Of a DNA stretch of 32,000 bases, positions 18,857-27,339 are shown in pieces (position 1 is the first letter of the stretch; every line of letters begins with the position of its first letter). A program made the translations under genes and the position numbers. The DNA is from Desulfotalea psychrophila LSv54. Lineage in GTDB: Bacteria > Desulfobacterota > Desulfobulbia > Desulfobulbales > Desulfocapsaceae. The stretch is taken from contig NC_006138.1 in assembly GCF_000025945.1 (NCBI RefSeq), forward strand, positions 450,001-482,000. The letters are read 5' to 3'. Under the pieces are notes generated by a model that was given only the letters and a program-made list of their open reading frames with translations, was not told the DNA's origin and made no database searches.

Positions 18857-19579
18857 ATGTCTCTGCTTGAAACACGAAATATAGTAAAAAAATACGGTGA
18901 CCGAACCGTTGTTGACGGGGTTAACCTTCAGGTTCAAACAGGGGCTGTCGTCGGCCTACTGGGACCCAACGGCGCAGGAAAGACAACATCATTTTATTCT
19001 ATTGCCGGTTTTATCAAGCCCGATGGTGGAGAGATTATTCTTGATGGCGAAGAGATCACCAAACTACCCATCCACAAACGAGCCCTCAGGGGCATATCCT
19101 ATCTGCCCCAAGAGCCTTCGGTATTCAAAAAACTCACCGTTGAAGAAAACGTGCGTATTATTCTGGAGCCACTGGGGATAGCAAAGGCAGAAATAGAACG
19201 TCGCATTGATGAACTCGCCTCTGACCTCAACCTCAACTATCTCCGTAAAAACAGAGGATATAGTCTTTCCGGCGGTGAACGACGCAGGGTGGAAATCATG
19301 CGTGCCCTTTCAACCAAACCTAAATTTATTCTTCTCGATGAACCCTTTGCCGGGATTGATCCCCTGGCAGTACAGGATTTGCAAAAACTCATCAGAAGCC
19401 TCAAAGAACGAGGCCTCGGCATTCTCATCTCTGACCATAATGTCCGAGAGACATTACAAGTTTGCGATTTTGCCTATATTATGAATTCAGGCCAAATACT
19501 TACCAGCGGTGCCGCCAGCGAAATTATCGAAAGCAAGATTGCCCGTAAGACCTATCTTGGTGAACATTTTAGTATGTGA
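18857..19579 (+). CDS. lptB: LPS export ABC transporter ATP-binding protein
   Basis: VGLLGPNGAGKTTSFYSIAGFIKPDGG, YLPQEPSVFKKLTVEENVRIILE, YSLSGGERRRVEIMRAL, LLDEPFAGIDPLAV. Confidence 0.96.
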   Translation: MSLLETRNIVKKYGDRTVVDGVNLQVQTGAVVGLLGPNGAGKTTSFYSIAGFIKPDGGEIILDGEEITKLPIHKRALRGISYLPQEPSVFKKLTVEENVRIILEPLGIAKAEIERRIDELASDLNLNYLRKNRGYSLSGGERRRVEIMRALSTKPKFILLDEPFAGIDPLAVQDLQKLIRSLKERGLGILISDHNVRETLQVCDFAYIMNSGQILTSGAASEIIESKIARKTYLGEHFSM

Positions 19580-19584
19580 GACTT

Positions 19585-21036
19585 ATGGCTTTAGAACTAC
19601 GACAGCAACTCAAACTTACCCAGAAGTTAGTCATGACGCCTCAACTGCGTCAGGCCATCAAACTCCTCCAGCTCAACAGACTAGAGCTTGCCGGTGCTCT
19701 CCAGGCAGAACTGCGTGAAAACCCTGCCCTCGAAGAAGATTTTAGCCAAACAGACCAAGACAAGATTGCTGAGGCGCTGGATTCCACGGTCGAGCCACCC
19801 ACCCGAACCCCGGAATCCGATGTCACCAGAACCCTTGAAGCCCGCGACAGTCTTGACGGCATCAACTGGAAGGATTACGCAAATAATTTTGACAGCAACT
19901 TCTCCTTTGCCAGAGAAATACCTCCGGCAGATGCACCATCGCAGTTTGATTTCATCTCTGAAGAGCCGGGACTCTCTGCCCATCTGCAGTGGCAACTAGC
20001 CCACTGCGAACTGGACGTTGACGAAAGAGAGATAGCCACCTACATTCTGGGAAATCTGAACAGATATGGTTTTCTTGTGGCTGACCTCAACGACATCCAA
20101 ACAAGCTGTGAATGCAGCCCGGATGATGCCGCCTATGTACTCGAGGTAATACAGGATCTTGAGCCGGCAGGCATTGCCGCCAGAAATGTCAGCGAATCCC
20201 TTTTCCTGCAACTGGAAAGACTGGGCAAGGAGCATAGCCTGGCAGCAGAAATTGTCACCGAACACATGAGCTCTCTTGAAATAAAAGACATCAAAACCAT
20301 CGCCCGTAAAACAGGAAGAAAACGTCCTGAAGTTGTCAAGGCCATTGATTTCATCGTCGACAATCTCACCCCCTACCCGGGACTGCCCTTTGTTACAGAA
20401 AAGACCAACTATATTATTCCCGATGTCTATGTCCGCAATATTGATGGAGAGCTGATCATCACCCTGAACAACGACGATCTGCCCAAGCTGAAACTCTCCC
20501 AGGAATATGTAGCGATGACCAAGGGAGGGGAGATCAATAAGGAATCAAAGAGCTACCTGGTTAACAAGGTGAGAAATGCAGAGTGGTTCATCAAAACCAT
20601 CCACCAGAGACAGCGCACCATCTACCGGGTAATGGAAAGTATCTTGAAGTTTCAGGGAGATTTTTTCGTTCATGGCTCAACCCACCTCAAGCCACTCATC
20701 CTCCGTGATATTGCCGAGGATATCGGCATGCATGAATCCACTATCAGCCGGGTCACCTCCAACAAATACGTGCACACCCCCTTGGGTATCTATGAGCTGA
20801 AATATTTCTTCTCAACGGCAATTCCACGGGTAGGCGGAGAGGCATTGGCCTCGGAATCCATCAAAACCCTTATTCGCAAGATTATTCAAAATGAGGACAA
20901 GGCAAAGCCACTCAGTGACAATAAAATTTCGGAAATACTGGCCATGGACAATATCAAGCTCGCCCGGAGAACGGTGGCAAAATACAGAGAGCAGATGCAG
21001 ATACAGCCGGTAAAGCACAGACGAAAAACCAGGTAG
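19585..21036 (+). CDS. rpoN: RNA polymerase sigma-54 factor
   Basis: MALELRQQLKLTQKLVMTPQLRQAIKLLQLNRLEL N-terminus; ESTISRVTSNKYVHTPLGIYELKYFFS; RpoN box ARRTVAKYREQMQI. Confidence 0.97.
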   Translation: MALELRQQLKLTQKLVMTPQLRQAIKLLQLNRLELAGALQAELRENPALEEDFSQTDQDKIAEALDSTVEPPTRTPESDVTRTLEARDSLDGINWKDYANNFDSNFSFAREIPPADAPSQFDFISEEPGLSAHLQWQLAHCELDVDEREIATYILGNLNRYGFLVADLNDIQTSCECSPDDAAYVLEVIQDLEPAGIAARNVSESLFLQLERLGKEHSLAAEIVTEHMSSLEIKDIKTIARKTGRKRPEVVKAIDFIVDNLTPYPGLPFVTEKTNYIIPDVYVRNIDGELIITLNNDDLPKLKLSQEYVAMTKGGEINKESKSYLVNKVRNAEWFIKTIHQRQRTIYRVMESILKFQGDFFVHGSTHLKPLILRDIAEDIGMHESTISRVTSNKYVHTPLGIYELKYFFSTAIPRVGGEALASESIKTLIRKIIQNEDKAKPLSDNKISEILAMDNIKLARRTVAKYREQMQIQPVKHRRKTR

Positions 21037-21083
21037 GGCTACTGGCAATGAATATTAATGACAGAATGTGATTTGGAGCCCCC

Positions 21084-21932
21084 ATGTCTCACGGAAAAAT
21101 TTTTAGCTGGACAGTGCTCACCCTGACGGTCTTTCTGCTGAGCTCCTGTGCCCGGCTCATCACGCACAATGTTGTGGAACCTGCTGTGGCCAATATCCAA
21201 CAACAGACCGACATCGAGCTCGTCTGTGAGGGGGCACCGGCCTACCTGCTTATGGTGGACTCCATGCTCACCTCTCATCCGCGAGACGAAGGCCTGTTGA
21301 GAATGGCCAGCCAGGCCTATATTGGTTATGTGGGCGCCCTTGGACAATGTGGCGCCCCCCCAGCCAAAATCAGGACAAATACCGACAAGACAAAACTCTA
21401 TGCAGGCAGACTCCTGGAAGAAAAAATCCACTGGCAGACAAGGGGTTTTGAGCTCGACCAAGAGTTGGCAGAATGTGACAGATCCGACGTCCCCGAACTC
21501 TTTTGGGGAAGTTTTGGCCTCCTCACCTGGATCCAACAACAGGGAGGAAGCCCCGCCTCCATGGCTGATCTTGTGGTGGTTGAAAAAACCATGCAACGCA
21601 TCCTTGAACTGGATGAGAAATATCAAGCCGGTGCAGCCCATCTCTTCTTTGGTGGTTACTACGCAACAAAACCTGAATTTCTTGGTGGCGGCCCGAAAAA
21701 GGCCCGCTATCATCTTGAAAAGGCTCTACTCCTCAGCCAACATCAATTTCTCCTCTGCCAGGTCACCTATGCAAGAACCTACGCAAGATTGACCTTTGAT
21801 CAGGAACTCCACGACAGACTACTTAAGGAGGTTCTCTCCTTCCCCATAGAATCAGCTCCGCAATATGCCCTCAGTAACCGTATAGCTCAAAAAGAGGCAG
21901 AGAAGCTCCTCGACGAAGGCTATTTTGACTAA
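21084..21932 (+). CDS. TatT-like TRAP transporter-associated lipoprotein (TPR-like)
   Basis: Lipobox LLSSCARL; TatT-like patterns YAGRLLEEKIHWQT and HLFFGGYYATKPEFLGGGPKKARYHLEKALLLS; directly upstream of TRAP dctP. Confidence 0.8.
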   Translation: MSHGKIFSWTVLTLTVFLLSSCARLITHNVVEPAVANIQQQTDIELVCEGAPAYLLMVDSMLTSHPRDEGLLRMASQAYIGYVGALGQCGAPPAKIRTNTDKTKLYAGRLLEEKIHWQTRGFELDQELAECDRSDVPELFWGSFGLLTWIQQQGGSPASMADLVVVEKTMQRILELDEKYQAGAAHLFFGGYYATKPEFLGGGPKKARYHLEKALLLSQHQFLLCQVTYARTYARLTFDQELHDRLLKEVLSFPIESAPQYALSNRIAQKEAEKLLDEGYFD

Positions 21933-21971
21933 TTCCCATAATTCAGCTCAGCTCAGCTAAGGACCAGGATC

Positions 21972-23009
21972 ATGCATCCCAAGATTCACTCCCATCTCTA
22001 CACGGCCCTCTTTATCTTCGCTCTCATCCTCAGCACCACCTTGGGAGTCAGTGAAGGGCAGGCACGGGCAAAATATTCATTCAAAATAGGCAGCCTCGCC
22101 CCCGAGGGTTCCATCTGGATCACCCAGTTCAGGGCCTTTGCCAAGGAAGTAACAGAAAAGACAGATGGAGAGGTAGGCTTTCGCATCTATCCCGGTGGCA
22201 TCATGGGAGACGATCAGGCCATGTACCGTAAAATACGGGTGGGTCAGCTACACGGTGGTGGATTTACCATGAGCGGTATCGCCGATATTGTCCCTGATTT
22301 TCGAATCATGGCAATCCCCTTCCTCTTCAACTCATACGCCGAAATCGACCATGTACGAAAGGGCCTCCGTCCCATGTTTGAGGAACGATTTGCCAACAAG
22401 GGCTTACGCTTTTTGGCCTTCACCGAAGTCGGCTTTGTCTACGCCATGTCCAAGGCCAGAATCAGCACCTTTGCTGAGCTCAAGGCCACCAAAAACTGGA
22501 CACCTTCAGGCGACCGCCTCTCCACCGGCTTCCTTAAGACAGCAGGAATCACCCCCATCCAACTCTCCCTGCCCGACGTCCTCTCCTCACTACAGACAGG
22601 AATGATTGACACCGTATATAACTCCCTCTATGGTTCCATTGTCCTCCAATGGTTTACCTCCATAAAGTATATCAATACCGTTCCATCCGGATACGCCTAT
22701 GGCACGATCCTCCTTGATGACAAGTTCTTCAATAAACTGCCGAAAAACTATCAAGAGATCGTCAACCAAACTGCCAGAAAATACTTTCCACCTCTTATTG
22801 CTAAAACTCGCACGACGAATGCAGAGTCCAAAACCGTCCTTGAAGAGAAGGGCATCTCTTTTCTTGAACCGGAAGCGGCAATGACAGAAAAGTTATCAAG
22901 CTACCAACAGGAAGTGATTAACAACAGCATAGGAAAACTCTTTTCCGTCGAGGCCTATGACAAAATGGCACAACTCCTGAAAGAGCATCGTAGTGGAGCT
23001 GCTGAGTGA
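21972..23009 (+). CDS. TRAP transporter substrate-binding protein, DctP family
   Basis: Signal peptide, YSFKIGSLAPEGSIWITQFRAFAKEVTEKTDGEVGFRIYPGGIMGDDQAMYRKIRVGQLHGG. Confidence 0.93.
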   Translation: MHPKIHSHLYTALFIFALILSTTLGVSEGQARAKYSFKIGSLAPEGSIWITQFRAFAKEVTEKTDGEVGFRIYPGGIMGDDQAMYRKIRVGQLHGGGFTMSGIADIVPDFRIMAIPFLFNSYAEIDHVRKGLRPMFEERFANKGLRFLAFTEVGFVYAMSKARISTFAELKATKNWTPSGDRLSTGFLKTAGITPIQLSLPDVLSSLQTGMIDTVYNSLYGSIVLQWFTSIKYINTVPSGYAYGTILLDDKFFNKLPKNYQEIVNQTARKYFPPLIAKTRTTNAESKTVLEEKGISFLEPEAAMTEKLSSYQQEVINNSIGKLFSVEAYDKMAQLLKEHRSGAAE

Positions 23010-23509
23010 AAGAAGCGGATAAAGCTGAGATGAGCAGGCTGGGCAAAATCGCTGACAGATCAGGAGAGATTGCCCTGACAATCCTGCTCAGCACCATGCT
23101 AGTGCTTTCCTGCGGGCAAATATTTATGAGGGCAGCCACCGGTGGCAGCATGCTGTGGATTGACCCACTACTGCGCTATCTGGTGCTCTGGAGTGGTCTC
23201 TTCGGGGCCGTTATGGCTACCCTGCGGGGCAAGCATATCGCCATCGATATGGCAAGCCTCATCCTGCCCAAGCAGATGCAAAAATTTATCAACCTACTGG
23301 TTCTTATATTTTCAACCCTGACAACAGCGGCACTCACCTGGGCTGCTATCCGTTTTCTGGGCAGTGAAATTGAATTTGGCGGGCCCGGCCTGATGGGCTT
23401 GCCCTCCTGGCAGTGGTCCCTCGTTTTCCCCGTAGCCTTTGCCCTTATGACCATCATCTACCTGGTACAGACCTGCAAAACCATCTGCCGACTGTGGCAC
23501 TCCTTCTAG
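23006..23509 (+). CDS. TRAP transporter small permease, DctQ family
   Basis: GTG start overlaps the dctP stop. Four hydrophobic segments, WIDPLLRYLVLWSGLFGAVMATLRGKHIAIDM. Confidence 0.88.
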   Translation: MKEADKAEMSRLGKIADRSGEIALTILLSTMLVLSCGQIFMRAATGGSMLWIDPLLRYLVLWSGLFGAVMATLRGKHIAIDMASLILPKQMQKFINLLVLIFSTLTTAALTWAAIRFLGSEIEFGGPGLMGLPSWQWSLVFPVAFALMTIIYLVQTCKTICRLWHSF

Positions 23510-23521
23510 CCAAGACCTCCC

Positions 23522-24784
23522 ATGACCATTGCCAAAATAATAACTCTTGGGCTCGCACTGCTGGGCACCCCTCTCTTTCTGGTTATTGCCGCCCTTGCCC
23601 TCATCTCTTTCCAGTCGGTGGGCATTGACCTCTCGGTGGTCATCATTGAGATGTCACGCCTTGCTGACACCCCAATGCTGGTCTCCCTGCCCCTCTTTAT
23701 CTTTGCCGGCAGCCTCCTCTCGGAGAGCGGAGCCCCCAAGAGAATGCTCACCTTTTCCCGGGTTTTTCTCGGCTGGATGCCGGGTGGCATGGCAGTTATC
23801 ACCCTGGTGGTCTGTGCCATCTTCACCGCATTTACCGGGGCCTCAGGAGTTACCATTTTTGCCCTTGGCGGCCTGCTCTTACCGGCACTGCTAGAAGACG
23901 GCTACGAAGACCGTTTCTCCACGGGACTGATAACCTCATCGGGAAGCCTCGGCCTGCTCTTTCCACCGAGCCTGCCCCTGATCCTCTACGGCGTTATATC
24001 TGGATCCCGGATTGATCATCTCTTTCTGGCAGGGATTCTCCCAGGCCTGGTAATGCTCCTCCTCCTCATTGCTTACTCCATTGCCAAGAGCCCCAAACAG
24101 AAAGAACGCGTTCGTTATAACGGCAAGGAAAAGCTGGCTGGCTTGAAGGAAATTGGCTGGGAGTTGCCCCTACCCATCATCATTTTGGGTGGCATTTACG
24201 GCGGTTTTTTTGTGGCGGGTGAAGCGGCTGCGATTACAGCCTGCTATGTACTGGTGGTCGAGGTATTTATTCTCCGGGATATTTCTCTCAGGAAACTTCC
24301 TGCAATTATGGCCCAGTCCATGGTGCTTTTCGGGGGCATCCTCGTCATCCTGGCCGCCTCCATGGCTTCAACAAACTTTTTGGTGGATCAGGAGGTACCG
24401 GCACGGCTCTTTGAAACAATCAGCAACTATATTGATTCGAAGTACACCTTCCTTCTCCTCCTCAACATCTTCCTCCTGATCGTTGGGGCAATGCTCGATA
24501 TTTTTTCTGCCCTGGTACTGGTGGTACCGCTGATCCTGCCCATTGCCACGGCATATCAGATAGACCCAATTCACTTAGGAATTATCTTTCTTACCAACCT
24601 GCAGATAGGCTATTGCACCCCACCTGTGGGTCTCAACCTCTTTCTCGCCTCATACCGTTTCAACAAACCCATTACTGAGCTTTATCGAGCCACCCTGCCC
24701 TACCTTGGACTTCTGCTCATCACCCTGGCAATCATCACCTATATACCATGGTTGAGTACGGTTTTAATATCGATCTGGGGCTAA
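23522..24784 (+). CDS. TRAP transporter large permease, DctM family
   Basis: Multi-TM; PLFIFAGSLLSESG...FTAFTGASGVTIFALGGLLLPAL...GLLFPPSLPLILYGVISG...TNLQIGYCTPPVGLNLFLAS. Confidence 0.94.
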   Translation: MTIAKIITLGLALLGTPLFLVIAALALISFQSVGIDLSVVIIEMSRLADTPMLVSLPLFIFAGSLLSESGAPKRMLTFSRVFLGWMPGGMAVITLVVCAIFTAFTGASGVTIFALGGLLLPALLEDGYEDRFSTGLITSSGSLGLLFPPSLPLILYGVISGSRIDHLFLAGILPGLVMLLLLIAYSIAKSPKQKERVRYNGKEKLAGLKEIGWELPLPIIILGGIYGGFFVAGEAAAITACYVLVVEVFILRDISLRKLPAIMAQSMVLFGGILVILAASMASTNFLVDQEVPARLFETISNYIDSKYTFLLLLNIFLLIVGAMLDIFSALVLVVPLILPIATAYQIDPIHLGIIFLTNLQIGYCTPPVGLNLFLASYRFNKPITELYRATLPYLGLLLITLAIITYIPWLSTVLISIWG

Positions 24785-24789
24785 CTACC

Positions 24790-24810
24790 AGCTATCAGCT
24801 ATCAGCTATC
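24790..24810. repeat. Short tandem repeat AGCTATC x3
   Basis: Direct read: agctatcagctatcagctatc immediately after the dctM stop. Confidence 0.85.
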
Positions 24811-24828
24811 AGCGAAAAACAGTTAACC

Positions 24829-24864
24829 ACAGAGAACACAGAGAACACAGAGAACACAGAGAAC
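24829..24864. repeat. Tandem nonamer ACAGAGAAC x4
   Basis: Four perfect head-to-tail copies read directly. Confidence 0.9.
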
Positions 24865-25101
24865 ATTAATTTAAAAAATCTTTACTGGTTGGGAAGAAAT
24901 AGCCCATCTGGTCTCATTTCAGGAAACCGACCTTGGCTGGTATCTCCCCATTGACACGAAGCTGAGCACTGGAGAGACTTACAAAGGTAGATTTTGAGCT
25001 GTTTGAACAAATCGTAAGGCAGTTAACCACTGCTCAGAAGGAATTAATTTAAAAAACCTTAATTAGCTGGGAAGTGGGCCATCCGTTCTCACTGTACAGG
25101 A

Positions 25102-25539
25102 TCAGCCAGCCAGCTGGACATCCCCATAGGGAAAGATACGATCATAACACCAGTTATAGAGATAGGCATAGAAAAGATAGAAAACAACAAAACCAATATC
25201 AGTCATAAGCGCCTGGGACAGAGAGAGGTCAAACCACCACATGATGCCGGGAATGGTCACCGTCAACAGGCCAAACTCAAATAAGATGGCATGCAGGGCC
25301 CGCAAAACCGGTGGACGATTAGTCAGAGACCTGCCCATTCGCACCAGAAGGTGGTCGAATCCCATATTGTACAACCAGTTCCAAAACATGGCGAGCATAC
25401 TTACACTTACGGCAAAGATACCCGTTGTTTTAAAATTGCTTGTCAAAATAAACGCCGCCAAGGGCGCCGAAAAAATCACTCCAAAAACTTCAAAAAGAAC
25501 CGTATGACGTATTCTATCAAACTGACTTCTCACGATCAC
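25102..25539 (-). CDS. PACE-family multidrug efflux transporter (bacterial transmembrane pair domains)
   Basis: Paired signatures FDRIRHTVLFEVFGVIFSAPLAAF and RALHAILFEFGLLTVTIPGIMWWFDLSLSQALMTDIGFVVFYLFYAYLYNWCYDRIFP. Confidence 0.88.
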   Translation of the reverse strand: MIVRSQFDRIRHTVLFEVFGVIFSAPLAAFILTSNFKTTGIFAVSVSMLAMFWNWLYNMGFDHLLVRMGRSLTNRPPVLRALHAILFEFGLLTVTIPGIMWWFDLSLSQALMTDIGFVVFYLFYAYLYNWCYDRIFPYGDVQLAG

Positions 25540-25571
25540 CCCTTACAAAACTGCATTATCAATAAAAATAA

Positions 25572-26126
25572 CTATCTAGGCGGGAAATTATCTAAAATTT
25601 TCTCCACCTCATCTCGTATCTCACGGCTTAACTTCTCCGGTTGATCGTCATAGAGAAAAATCCTCTTACGCCCCTTACCACACCAAACCAACTTACCGGT
25701 AACAGGGTCTACCACATCAAGCACTAAAACACCTAAATCATATTTCTCTACCCGGGCAGCAGAATCGGCCTCTGCCCCACCATAATTACCATAACTGCCA
25801 AAGGAAAAACCTCCTCCAGTACTGGTAGAATCCGGCTCAACCACCTGCTTTTTATGGTAAGCATAGGAGATAATAAAATCCGGCTGAGATCCATTCAAAG
25901 AAAAGCCCTTAGAGGAAAGAACAGCATTCATAGAAGCCGCAATACGACTGTCTATTAACGAGTTATCCACCTGCCTGCCATCGTCAGCCTTAACCTCTTG
26001 TTTCCTAATCTTATAAGAGTGAAGACTGGAGAAATCATACCGGGGATTATAATCACGATTGCCCCACAAAGAAGAACAGCCTGCTAACAAACTAACAACG
26101 GCCAACAAAACGGTTAATTTCCTCAT
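25572..26126 (-). CDS. DUF4136-like lipoprotein
   Basis: MRKLTVLLAVVSLLAGCSSL lipobox, then YNPRYDFSSLHSYKI...C-terminal GKLVWCGKGRKRIFLYDDQPEKLSREIRDEVEKILDNFPP. Confidence 0.75.
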   Translation of the reverse strand: MRKLTVLLAVVSLLAGCSSLWGNRDYNPRYDFSSLHSYKIRKQEVKADDGRQVDNSLIDSRIAASMNAVLSSKGFSLNGSQPDFIISYAYHKKQVVEPDSTSTGGGFSFGSYGNYGGAEADSAARVEKYDLGVLVLDVVDPVTGKLVWCGKGRKRIFLYDDQPEKLSREIRDEVEKILDNFPPR

Positions 26127-26312
26127 GCTTCCTCCATAAGACAAATTTGCCCACATTTTTTAAAACTCTTCCTAGTCCATTATAATCAGGGCAGAAGTGG
26201 CTTGTAAAATAATAAAAAAGCAGCCTCAGGCTCGCCGAGGCAAAAACAGCTCTAAAAGAGGGCGACAGAGGGGATGGGGACAGACTGGCAGAAAGGGGCT
26301 TTTTACAAAAAA

Positions 26313-26336
26313 AGGCGGTGCCTTTTAGGGCACCGC
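26313..26336. terminator. Strong intrinsic terminator downstream of hpt
   Basis: AAAAAAA-GGCGGTGCC-TTTTAG-GGCACCGCC-TTTTTTT. Confidence 0.88.
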
Positions 26337-26342
26337 CTTTTT

Positions 26343-26876
26343 TTATACCTTTAAGATACCAACATAGGGCAAATTACGATACTTTTGAGCATAGTCAAGG
26401 CCATAACCAATAACAAACTCATCGGGAATTTCCTTCCCACAGAAATCCACTGGAACCTCGATTTCCCGTCGGGATGGCTTGCTCAAAAAAGAACAGACCT
26501 TAAGAGAGCGGGGCGATCTGTTTTCAAGCATGGTAAGTACCTTGCTAAAGGTATTGCCGGTATCGACAATATCCTCTACCACCAGGACATCACGGCCCTC
26601 GATAGAGGTATTAAGATCCATAACAACCTTTACATCACGGGTACTTACAGTGCCGTCCCCGTAACTGGAAACAGCCATAAAGTCAGCCACAAGAGGCGTT
26701 TCAATAGCCCGAACAAGATCGGCCATAAAGACAAAAGATCCACGTAACAAACCAATAACAACAAGGTCCTCGCTAATCCCCTTATACTCCTCACTCACCT
26801 CTTTGCCAAGACGGCTGACAATTCCTGCCACCTCTTCCTGGCTAATCATTACTTCTATGTTTTCAAATTGATGCAT
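26343..26876 (-). CDS. hpt: Hypoxanthine phosphoribosyltransferase
   Basis: LVVIGLLRGSFVFMADLVRAIETP, PRPP-binding VLVVEDIVDTGNTFSKVLTML, DFCGKEIPDEFVIGYGLDYAQKYRNLPYVG. Confidence 0.95.
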   Translation of the reverse strand: MHQFENIEVMISQEEVAGIVSRLGKEVSEEYKGISEDLVVIGLLRGSFVFMADLVRAIETPLVADFMAVSSYGDGTVSTRDVKVVMDLNTSIEGRDVLVVEDIVDTGNTFSKVLTMLENRSPRSLKVCSFLSKPSRREIEVPVDFCGKEIPDEFVIGYGLDYAQKYRNLPYVGILKV

Positions 26877-27339
26877 ATTTTCTCCCTATATTCGCTATAA
26901 TCGGCACAAAAACTGGACCGAACAATTGTATAAAAACCCTATTTTAAGCAGGCTGCGCCCTTTATAGCCAATAAGTTCCGGAGCCACAATAGGCAGATTT
27001 TTTTTTTAGCCTTTCCGGGCTCATCCACTAAAACAAAATAGCGGGAGGAAATATCCCCAGGGGGCAAAGAAGCCCCTCCCACAAAGCAAAACAATGCCTG
27101 AAGCGGGCAAAAACAGATACCTCTACGATATCGGCACATCCAGATAATTTGATTGCTATTGACCATCTGATGATTTAGAATAGCAGGTTCCGCAAAATAA
27201 CAATTACCCTATTTTTCAGACAATTTGATACTTCGAAAACAACTCTTTTCTTTGCGGAAAACTGTTTCACCCTGAAAAGAAAATCGATCCAAAAGACATA
27301 CAATTATCGAAGTAGAAAAAGATCTTGATGGTGAGAATA

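Noticed and set aside
21039-21713. 224-aa minus-strand ORF
   Set aside because: Antisense to the TatT-like lipoprotein gene, which has a signal peptide, a lipobox and operon context.
24790-24864. Possible CRISPR-like array
   Set aside because: Units are 7 and 9 nt, head-to-tail and without spacers, and no cas genes are present. These are micro-tandem repeats, not CRISPR.
26939-27166. 75-aa minus-strand ORF between hpt and aspartokinase
   Set aside because: Low-complexity Cys/Leu-rich translation with no recognisable motif; more likely intergenic.
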